In this document: positions 46,048-53,009 of the stretch, in pieces
Layout: each line of letters opens with the position of its first letter
Numbering within the stretch: position 1 is the stretch's first letter
NCBI GenBank assembly: GCA_045531235.1
Contig: JAZSDQ010000062.1
Location: 1 to 53,009 of the forward strand
DNA from: Eubacteriales bacterium
Lineage (GTDB): Bacteria > Bacillota > Clostridia > Oscillospirales > SIG627
DNA length: 53,009 nt
Direction of reading: 5' to 3'
The notes under the pieces: model-generated
Told to the model about the DNA's origin: nothing
What the model saw: only the letters and a program-made list of their open reading frames with translations
Databases searched by the model: none
Program-made: the position numbers and the translations under genes

Positions 46048-46092
46048 GAACAAATCCTAATAAGTTTTTTTAGATAGAAAGGAAACAAAACA

Positions 46093-46638
46093 ATGAAAAA
46101 ATGGAGATGCACTGTTTGCGGAGAAATCGTTGAAAGCGAAACCAGACCCGAGGTTTGCCCCCTTTGCAAACAGCCCGGCGAGAAATTTGAAGAAATGACC
46201 GATGTTGACAAAACTTGGGCAACCGAGCACGAGGTTGGCATCATTGAAGGCGTAAGTGAAGAGATCATCGAAGGTCTTCGCGCTAACTTCATGGGAGAAT
46301 GCACCGAAGTTGGTATGTACCTTGCTATGAGCCGTGTTGCTTTCCGCGAAGGATACCCCGAAATCGGTGAATACTGGAAGACCGCTGCTTACGAAGAAGC
46401 TGACCACGCTTCTCGCTTTGCTGAAATGCTTGGCGAATGTGTTAGTGCTTCCACTGCAAAGAACCTCCAGATGAGAGTAGATGCCGAAAACGGCGCGTGC
46501 GCAGGCAAGTTTGAACTTGCTAAGATGGCTAAAGCTCAGGGTCTCGACGCTATTCACGACAGCGTGCACGAAATGGCAAAGGATGAAGCTCGACACGGCA
46601 GAGCATTCGAGGGTCTTCTCAACAGATACTTCAAATAA
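46093..46638 (+). CDS. rbr: Reverse rubrerythrin (N-terminal rubredoxin-like CxxC-CxxC domain, C-terminal di-iron ferritin-like domain)
   Basis: [25 protein letters not shown], then ExxH-type di-iron ligands (…EEADHASRF…, …[10 protein letters not shown]…). Confidence 0.88.
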   Translation: MKKWRCTVCGEIVESETRPEVCPLCKQPGEKFEEMTDVDKTWATEHEVGIIEGVSEEIIEGLRANFMGECTEVGMYLAMSRVAFREGYPEIGEYWKTAAYEEADHASRFAEMLGECVSASTAKNLQMRVDAENGACAGKFELAKMAKAQGLDAIHDSVHEMAKDEARHGRAFEGLLNRYFK

Positions 46639-46651
46639 GATAAAACAAGAT

Positions 46652-46681
46652 AAAGACACGGAAAAATTCCGTGTCTTTTTT
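46652..46681. terminator. Bidirectional terminator; also the left edge of duplication copy A
   Basis: aaa-gacacggaa-aaa-ttccgtgtc-ttttttt. An almost identical hairpin recurs at 49379-49410. Confidence 0.8.
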
Positions 46682-46694
46682 ATTTTTCATTGGA

Positions 46695-48185
46695 TCATTT
46701 ATCCATCATTTCGTTGATCTGCTGAACCGTGGTGCGAACCAGAAGATCTCCCGCAACATGACCTACCGTACCGGAAGAAACGTATGCAGAGTAGTGGCTT
46801 CCCTTTTCTGCTTTTTCCGTCGGCAAATAGCCATAGGAACCGCAGCAAAGCTGAATCAAGAAGGTCTGCTTTGCTTTAGAACATGCTCTCATCTGGTTAC
46901 CATAGTTCAGAAAGAGCTCATAGGGGTTAGTTGCGAAAGCAATATCACCAAGTCTGAGGAAGTGCACTTCAATATCAACGGTATTAACTTCCTGCTGAAC
47001 ACGGTAACGAGCTACAACACCTGCATGAATATGCATTCTCGCCTTATCAACGAAGTTAATCGTTCCCTTATGGCTTGCTGCAAATTCAGAAATAGCTTTG
47101 ATGGCGGCATCCTTCTCTTCAATGGTTACACGACGAATCGGAAGTGTCAGCATTTTAGTTCTATGCTCAAACACGGTATCAGTTACATATTCTGCAACAT
47201 CTTCCAAAGCATAGAGAATTTCATCTGCAATACGACGGCCTGCTACTTTGCATCCACTGAGGTCAAACATAGAAGGATCTGCCGTGCGAGCAGGTACGTT
47301 TTCGCGGATAATGTTAGGATCGTAGATGGGTGTCTCAGGCTCAACCCAACGAATGAGATCGCGGGGGCACTGATCTCCCGCTGCTGAGCAAAGACCGAGA
47401 AGGAAGATATCTTTGCCGTATTTTGCGCGAATACGCTCTTTCACCTTGCCCCAATAGTCTGAGGAAATAAAGTTTCTATGCTCAAGCACCTGAGCAGGAC
47501 AAGCAACGTTTGCGATCACACCGGTAAGCTTCTTATCGGGAGTGTAGGTGAACATCAGCTCGATGCCGCTATCGTTTCCTGCCTCAAGCTCGGTAAAGTT
47601 TGCCATAAAGGTATCGCCCCACATTTTGGCGCTGCCGTCATCGTAGCAAACACGGCGGTTCAAACCGATAGCAGCTCTGCCGAAACCGGTAGCGTAGATT
47701 GCTTCATTTCTTGCATCCCATGCCTTGATTGCAGCATCAGCAATCTGCTTTGCAATGTACTGATGAGCTTCTTCTCCCGCAAAAAGGTCTTCGCCTTCAT
47801 ACGAAACAAGAGTTTCGTACTCTGCATTAGGCAAAAGCGTAAGAAGAACATCAAGCCCGCCCTGTTGACCTACATAATCAAACCAATCTGCGTATTTGGG
47901 ACCGGTATGTGTGTGAATGGCACTGACAATTACCTTATCTGCAGGAACATCAGGTCTTTCCATCAAATATTTTTTGACACAGGAGATAAGAATGCTGCTT
48001 GTGGTCACAAGATCGCATGCACAGAAAATCGCAGCATCTCCGTCACACTCCATTGCAAGCGCAGTAACAGTGAGAGGAGACTCGACCTCATCGGTAATTC
48101 TTTCAAAGAACTGTCCGGCTAGATCAACCTTTGCGCCTTCCGGAATCAGCGATAATTCGCTCCAGCCAAATTTGATTTTAGACAT
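46695..48185 (-). CDS. Cytoplasmic neutral/alkaline-ceramidase-N-terminal-like hydrolase, paralogue A
   Basis: 496 aa from MSKIKFGW (GGAGG upstream; the track ORF has a 21-codon extension). SAIHTHTGP motif. No signal peptide. Confidence 0.6.
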   Translation of the reverse strand: MSKIKFGWSELSLIPEGAKVDLAGQFFERITDEVESPLTVTALAMECDGDAAIFCACDLVTTSSILISCVKKYLMERPDVPADKVIVSAIHTHTGPKYADWFDYVGQQGGLDVLLTLLPNAEYETLVSYEGEDLFAGEEAHQYIAKQIADAAIKAWDARNEAIYATGFGRAAIGLNRRVCYDDGSAKMWGDTFMANFTELEAGNDSGIELMFTYTPDKKLTGVIANVACPAQVLEHRNFISSDYWGKVKERIRAKYGKDIFLLGLCSAAGDQCPRDLIRWVEPETPIYDPNIIRENVPARTADPSMFDLSGCKVAGRRIADEILYALEDVAEYVTDTVFEHRTKMLTLPIRRVTIEEKDAAIKAISEFAASHKGTINFVDKARMHIHAGVVARYRVQQEVNTVDIEVHFLRLGDIAFATNPYELFLNYGNQMRACSKAKQTFLIQLCCGSYGYLPTEKAEKGSHYSAYVSSGTVGHVAGDLLVRTTVQQINEMMDK

Positions 48186-48257
48186 TGTTATTCCTCCATT
48201 TAGTTTATTTAGCATCATTATTCTAACATGCGATTTCTTAAAATACAACAGAAGATG

Positions 48258-48295
48258 GATAGAAACTCTTTCGCAAACTACGAAAGTTTTTCGCT
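48258..48295. promoter_or_regulatory. Intergenic block of about 38 nt, identical in both duplicated units (contains CTTTCG-N7-CGAAAG)
   Basis: gatagaaactctttcgcaaactacgaaagtttttcgct is identical at 50998-51035. It lies between the divergent promoters (TTGTAT-17-TAGAAT on the minus strand, TTGCGC-17-TATAAT on the plus strand). Confidence 0.5.
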
Positions 48296-48377
48296 TATTT
48301 TTTTCTGTCTTTCGTTTATATTGCGCAAAACAAATTTCTGTGTTATAATAGAAAAAAGAAATTGTGAGGCATTTTTT

Positions 48378-49367
48378 ATGACAATGTCTAAAATTGCGAA
48401 GCTTTCCGGATGCTCATTATCAACAGTTTCCAAAGCTTTTCGCAACAGCCCCGAAATCAGCGAAATCACAAAAGAAAAAAATTTTAAAATTGCGCGCGAA
48501 AACAACTGTTTTACAAAGTACTATGCTCCCGTTTATAAAAAGCACGTGTTTGCCGTTGTATGTAATGAACTTCTAAGCTCATTTTACGGTGTGATCGTTG
48601 ATGCACTGAACCACAAAATAACTGCAAACGGCGATACTCTTTTGATTTCCAGCTGTAATTTCATCAGCGCGAACCTAGAGGATCTCTTCGATTATTATAT
48701 TAATTTTCATAAGGTTGATGGTCTTATCGTAATCGGAAAGCTCCCTGCCAATCTCAAAAGCGATTAAAAATTTTTATCTAAAATCCCTCTTGTATGCATT
48801 CGTTCCGTAACAAGCAAAACTTCTCCACCTTGCGACACAGTGGAATCGGATAACGATCCTGCAATCTATCAAGCAATCAAGCATTTTTATGATATGGGAC
48901 ATAAAAAAATTGCGTTTATCGGAGAATACCTAACTTCATCGACGCAAATAAGATTTATTGAAGCGTTGAACGATGTTGGTCTCGAAGTAAAGCAGGATTG
49001 GATCATTTGCAGTGCGAAGAGAAAAGCAGAAGCGGGTGTTGACGGTGTGGAGAGACTTCTTGCGCTTTCCGAAAAGCCAACAGCTATCTTTGCAGCCTAT
49101 GATGCCATTGCTTTTGGTGCGATCAGTGCAATACAGAAAACAGGACTTTCCGTACCTAAGGATTTTTCTATCATTGGTTCGGATAATATTCCGCTTTCAG
49201 AATACGCTTCCCCGGCTTTAACGACGATATCAGCTCCCATTGATGACGTTACCGTGGGCGCGTTGAATCTTCTTTACCGAAGGATTTCCAATAATAATGC
49301 TCCTTTCCAAAGAATTCAGATTCAAAGCGAATTGATCATTCGTGATTCTGTAGCAAAAATAAATTAA
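48378..49367 (+). pseudogene. LacI family regulator, copy A, interrupted by an in-frame TAA (48765-48767)
   Basis: Track ORFs 48228-48767 and 48840-49367 are in the same frame. The alignment with copy B is collinear across the stop (…GKLPANLKSD*KFLSKIPLVCIR… versus …GKLPESVKTDNKILSNTPLVCIR…). Confidence 0.7.
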
Positions 49368-49378
49368 TAAATCTATCA

Positions 49379-49410
49379 AAAAAGACACGGAAAATTCCGT
49401 GTCTTTTTTT
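49379..49410. terminator. Bidirectional terminator at the duplication junction
   Basis: aaaaa-gacacgg-aaaatt-ccgtgtc-ttttttt. Confidence 0.8.
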
Positions 49411-49422
49411 CTTGTGCTTTTT

Positions 49423-50925
49423 TTATTTATTCATCATTTCGTTGATCTGCTGAACAGTTGTTCTTACGAGAAGATCACCTGCAACGTGACCAACGGTACC
49501 GGAAGAAACGTAAGCAGAGTAGTGGCTTCCCTCTTCTGCCTTCTTAGTGGGAAGATAACCGAAGGCGCCGCAACAAAGCTGAATCAAGAAGGTCTGCTTT
49601 GCTTTAGAACATGCTCTCATCTGGTTACCATAATTGAGGAAGAGCTCATAGGGGTTAGTAGCAAAAGCAATATCACCAAGTCTGAGGAAGTGAACCTCAA
49701 TATCCACGGTATTCACAGTTTGCTGAACGCGATAACGGGAGATAACGCCTGCATGGATATGCATTCTCGCCTTATCCACGAAGTTGATAGTTCCCTTATG
49801 TGTAGCTGCGAATTCCTTGATGGCTTTTTCAGCAGCATCTTTTTCCTCAATGGTAACTCTGCGAAGAGGAAGAGTCAGCATCTTACTGCGATGTTCCAGA
49901 ACGGTATCACTTACATATTCAGTAACATCTTCCAAAGCATAAAGAATTTCGTCAGCAATACGACGTCCTGCGACCTTGCATCCGCTCAAATCAAACATAG
50001 AGGGATCTGCCGAGCGAACGGGAACATTGTTGCGAATGATGTTAGGGTCGTTGATGGGAGTTTCAGGCTCCACCCAACGGATCAGGTCGCGAGGACACTG
50101 GTCGCCTGCGGGAGAGCAGAGACCGAGAACAAAGATATCATCACCGTATTTTGCGCGGATACGCTCTTTTACCTTACCCCAATAGTCAGAAGAAATAAAG
50201 CTTCTGTGCTCAAGTACCTGTGCAGGACAAGCAACGTTTGCGATCACGCCGGTAAGCTTCTTATCGGGAGTGTAGGTGAACATCATTTCAATACCGCTGT
50301 CATTTCCCGCTTCCAGCTCGGTGAAGTTTGCCATAAAGGTATCGCCCCACATCTTCGCAGAACCATCATCATAACAAACTCTTCTGTTCAGACCAATCGC
50401 AGCTCTGCCAAAGCCGGTAGCGTAGATCGCTTCGCTTCTTGCATCCCAAGCCTTGATTGCAGCATCGGCAATCTGCTTCGCAATGTAATCATGAGCCTCT
50501 TGACCTGCGAAAAGATCCTGGCCTTCGTAAGAAACGAGAGTTTCATACTTTGCATCAGGCATCATTTCAAGAAGAACATCAAGACCTTTTCCGCCGCCGC
50601 GGGATATCGAGGCAGAGTCAGATCTGGTGGCATACCCGGGACCGGTATGCGTGTGGATCGCACTGACAATTACCTTATCGGCAGGAACGTCAGGTCTTGC
50701 TTCCAAATACTTGCGAACAGTTAAAAGCAAAACGTGGCTGGTAGAAACCAGATCGCATGCACAGAAGATCGCAGAATCTCCATCACATTCCATTGCGAGA
50801 GCGGTTACGGTAAGGGGAGATTCCACCTCATCGGTAATTCTCTCATAAAACTGTCCGGCAAGGTCAACCTTTGCACCTTCGGGAATGAGCGATACTTCGC
50901 TCCAGCCAAATTTGATTTTAGACAT
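49423..50925 (-). CDS. Cytoplasmic neutral/alkaline-ceramidase-N-terminal-like hydrolase, paralogue B
   Basis: 500 aa, MSKIKFGWSEVSLIPEGAKVDLAGQFYERITDEVESPLTVTALAMECDGD…SAIHTHTGPGY. The family call comes from motif memory only. Confidence 0.6.
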   Translation of the reverse strand: MSKIKFGWSEVSLIPEGAKVDLAGQFYERITDEVESPLTVTALAMECDGDSAIFCACDLVSTSHVLLLTVRKYLEARPDVPADKVIVSAIHTHTGPGYATRSDSASISRGGGKGLDVLLEMMPDAKYETLVSYEGQDLFAGQEAHDYIAKQIADAAIKAWDARSEAIYATGFGRAAIGLNRRVCYDDGSAKMWGDTFMANFTELEAGNDSGIEMMFTYTPDKKLTGVIANVACPAQVLEHRSFISSDYWGKVKERIRAKYGDDIFVLGLCSPAGDQCPRDLIRWVEPETPINDPNIIRNNVPVRSADPSMFDLSGCKVAGRRIADEILYALEDVTEYVSDTVLEHRSKMLTLPLRRVTIEEKDAAEKAIKEFAATHKGTINFVDKARMHIHAGVISRYRVQQTVNTVDIEVHFLRLGDIAFATNPYELFLNYGNQMRACSKAKQTFLIQLCCGAFGYLPTKKAEEGSHYSAYVSSGTVGHVAGDLLVRTTVQQINEMMNK

Positions 50926-50997
50926 TGTAATTCCTCCATCCTAGTTTTTTAGCATCAATATTCTAACATGCGATTTTTTAAAACACAACAGAAAATT

Positions 50998-51035
50998 GAT
51001 AGAAACTCTTTCGCAAACTACGAAAGTTTTTCGCT
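50998..51035. promoter_or_regulatory. Second copy of the conserved intergenic block of about 38 nt
   Basis: Identical to 48258-48295. Confidence 0.5.
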
Positions 51036-51127
51036 GTTTTTTTTCTGTCTTTCGTTTATGTTGCGCAAAAAAATTTTCTGTGTTATAATAGTTTTAATAG
51101 AAAAAAGGAAATTGTGAGGCATTTTTT

Positions 51128-52120
51128 ATGACAATGTCTAAAATAGCGAAGCTTTCCGGTTGCTCCTTATCAACCGTTTCCAAAGCTTTTCGCAACAGCC
51201 CCGAAATCAGCGAAAGCACAAAAGAAAAAATTTTCAAAATTGCGCGCGAAAACAACTGTTTTACAAAATACTATTCTCCTGTTTATAAAAAAAGAGTTTT
51301 CGCCGTTATATGCAACGAACTGATCAGTTCGGTTTATGGAGTCATGGTTGACACCATAAACAATAAAATAACAGCAAATGGCGACACCCTGCTTATTTCC
51401 AGCTGTAATTTTATCAGCGCCAATTTAGAGGACCTTTTTGACTATTACGTCAATTACCATAAAATTGACGGCTTGATCGTGATTGGAAAATTGCCGGAAA
51501 GTGTAAAAACGGATAATAAGATTCTTTCCAATACTCCTCTCGTTTGCATTCGAGCAACAAAAAGCAAGGCATCCAGTCCATGCGATTGCGTTGAATCAGA
51601 CAGAGATCCCGCCATCGTAAGTGCCGTCAACTATTTTAAGGAAATGGGACACAAAAAAATCGCCTTTATCGGTGAATATCTTACTTCTTCAGCACAAAAA
51701 CGATTTATCGAGGCGATGACTTCTGCCGAACTGGAAGTTAAAAAGGAATGGATCATCTGTAGTTCAAAACGAAAAGCCGAAGCCGGTGTTGACGGTATGG
51801 AGCGCCTTCTTTCATTGCCCGAACGTCCAACGGCTATTTTTGCAGCTTACGATGCAATTGCATTCGGCGCTATCAATAAGATCCACAGAGTAGGTCTATC
51901 GGTACCGAAAGACTTCTCAATTATCAGTTCTGATAACATTCCGCTATCACAATTCTCTTCCCCCTCATTAACAACCATAGCAGACCCCGTGGAAGACATT
52001 GCAGAAGGAGCCATCAATCTGCTTTATCGAAGACTAAATAACAGCAACGCTCCTTTTCAGCGAATACAAATTCAAAGCGAATTGATTATTCGCAATTCCG
52101 TTGAAAAAATCGGTCGATAA
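51128..52120 (+). CDS. LacI family transcriptional regulator, copy B (intact)
   Basis: HTH MSKIAKLSGCSLSTVSKAFRNSPEIS and a periplasmic-binding-protein-like core (AIFAAYDAIAFGAI, SIISSDNIP). The palindrome TTGCGCAA overlaps its -35 (51061-51068). Confidence 0.85.
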   Translation: MTMSKIAKLSGCSLSTVSKAFRNSPEISESTKEKIFKIARENNCFTKYYSPVYKKRVFAVICNELISSVYGVMVDTINNKITANGDTLLISSCNFISANLEDLFDYYVNYHKIDGLIVIGKLPESVKTDNKILSNTPLVCIRATKSKASSPCDCVESDRDPAIVSAVNYFKEMGHKKIAFIGEYLTSSAQKRFIEAMTSAELEVKKEWIICSSKRKAEAGVDGMERLLSLPERPTAIFAAYDAIAFGAINKIHRVGLSVPKDFSIISSDNIPLSQFSSPSLTTIADPVEDIAEGAINLLYRRLNNSNAPFQRIQIQSELIIRNSVEKIGR

Positions 52121-52135
52121 TCGGTCTATAAAAGA

Positions 52136-52163
52136 AGCCACAGAGAAAATCTCTGTGGCTTTT
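52136..52163. terminator. Bidirectional terminator (LacI-B / hpt)
   Basis: agccacagag-aaaat-ctctgtggct-ttt. Confidence 0.75.
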
Positions 52164-52165
52164 AA

Positions 52166-52723
52166 TTATTCATCTTCGCCGTATTCGGCAATGTATGGAA
52201 GATTGCGATAAAGCTCCCCATAGTCAAGACCATAGCCGATAACAAAATGATCGGGAATTGTAAAAAGAGACCAATCGGGAGTAATCTCAACAATTCTTCT
52301 GGAAGGCTTATCAAGAAGGGTCAAAACATGAAGAGATAGAGGGTTTCTCGTTTGCAACAGCTGAACAATATCCTTCAAGGTTCTGCCGGTATCAATAATA
52401 TCTTCAACGATCACAACATGGTATCCGCTGACGTCGCGATCAAGATCCATGGTGATCTGTATCACACCGGTGGAAACAGTTCCCTCATAGTAGCTTTTTG
52501 CACACATAAAACCGATTTCGCAAGGAACGGAAACTGCACGGCAAACATCAGCCATAAACACAAAAGCGCCCTTTAGCACGCTGACGAGCAAAATCGGTCT
52601 GCCATCATAGATGCGATCGATTTCCTTACCGATGGCAGAAATCTTTTCTTTAATTTCCTCCTCAGTAATCAGGACCCTTTTGATACGACTGTTAAAATCT
52701 TCAACAGAGTTGATTTTCTTCAT
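52166..52723 (-). CDS. hpt: Hypoxanthine phosphoribosyltransferase
   Basis: PRPP motif VVIVEDIIDTGRTL, KGAFVFMADL-like region, VIGYGLDY. Confidence 0.93.
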   Translation of the reverse strand: MKKINSVEDFNSRIKRVLITEEEIKEKISAIGKEIDRIYDGRPILLVSVLKGAFVFMADVCRAVSVPCEIGFMCAKSYYEGTVSTGVIQITMDLDRDVSGYHVVIVEDIIDTGRTLKDIVQLLQTRNPLSLHVLTLLDKPSRRIVEITPDWSLFTIPDHFVIGYGLDYGELYRNLPYIAEYGEDE

Positions 52724-52808
52724 ACGACTACTCCAATTCGTTGTTTTGACAATTTTAGCACACTACAAATAAAAAAACAACATAATTTGACAAAATATGC
52801 AAAAACAA

Positions 52809-53009
52809 TTATTTCAATGGAAAACAATACCACTTTTGAGGAATGGAGTCTTCGCCGTAAAGAGGATCAACACCGTTGGAATTCTGATAAATCAGCTCAA
52901 TTACCCGCTTCATCTTCAAAGCATCACAAAGCTGTGTTGGAGCATTACCGATAAACCCGTCGGTAATGCACCCGTGGTAACGAAATGCGGTCTCATATTT
53001 ATAGAAACG
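52809..53009 (-). CDS. 3' end (66 codons) of an unidentified CDS running in from beyond the window
   Basis: The open frame reaches the window edge: …YHGCITDGFIGNAPTQLCDALKMKRVIELIYQNSNGVDPLYGEDSIPQKWYCFPLK*. It sits upstream of hpt, where tilS often lies, but I cannot see TilS C-terminal motifs. Confidence 0.4.
   Translation of the reverse strand, partial: RFYKYETAFRYHGCITDGFIGNAPTQLCDALKMKRVIELIYQNSNGVDPLYGEDSIPQKWYCFPLK

Larger units (their letters stand above)
46652..49380. repeat. Tandem duplication, copy A (terminator hairpin + ceramidase-like gene + divergent LacI gene)
   Basis: Collinear nucleotide and protein similarity to 49379-52120 along the whole unit, seen by direct comparison. 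Confidence 0.85.
49379..52120. repeat. Tandem duplication, copy B
   Basis: See copy A. Both genes are intact in this copy. Confidence 0.85.

Noticed and set aside
49399-50724. 441-aa ORF antisense to ceramidase-like paralogue B, with fragments 46671-47387 and 47478-48122 opposite paralogue A
   Set aside because: The antisense frame is open in copy B but interrupted in copy A, while the sense frame is conserved in both. Its start sits inside the terminator hairpin. The sequence is compositionally odd. I judged it a codon-bias artefact.
1-53009. CRISPR arrays, transposases/IS elements, prophage, toxin-antitoxin or known defence genes
   Set aside because: I scanned intergenic regions and all track ORFs and recognised none. 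The only large repeat is the tandem gene duplication at 46.6-52.1 kb.

Overview
This window is a chromosomal segment from a low-GC Firmicute, probably class Clostridia. That call rests on gene content: ECF transporter module next to truA, ClpE, reverse rubrerythrin, feoAB, DUF3048 and DUF5711. Positions 1-23266 hold 23 co-directional minus-strand housekeeping genes: scpA, an M50 protease, TrmH, yebC, argS, trmK, nif3, clpE, pgsA, cvpA, truA, ecfTA2A1 and ruvCAB. From about 23.4 kb the strands mix and the content becomes metabolic or accessory. It includes fba, feoAB plus a small Cys-rich ORF missing from the ORF track, a stand-alone GMP-synthase synthetase domain and a decayed permease pseudogene. 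It continues with a LysR/CitMHS pair, an AGCS-CapA pair, GH2, MATE, an amidohydrolase, thrH, a GT14-GH20-DtxR operon and tRNA-Arg(CCT). The last part holds a DUF1643-lipoprotein pair, reverse rubrerythrin, a tandemly duplicated ~2.7-kb module (ceramidase-like enzyme plus divergent LacI regulator) and hpt. I saw no CRISPR array, integrase, transposase, prophage or recognisable defence or toxin-antitoxin genes. The three strongest candidates for undescribed biology follow. (1) A full-length P-type ATPase homologue has lost every catalytic signature motif and sits tightly packed behind clpE. (2) The duplicated ceramidase-like/LacI module has a nonsense codon in one regulator and a block of about 38 nt that is fully conserved between the two intergenic regions. 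(3) A near-consensus feoAB promoter is followed by twin perfect GTTAGC-N4-GCTAAC palindromes, and an orphan DtxR-family regulator lies elsewhere in the window. All family calls come from motif recognition by eye; no searches were run.
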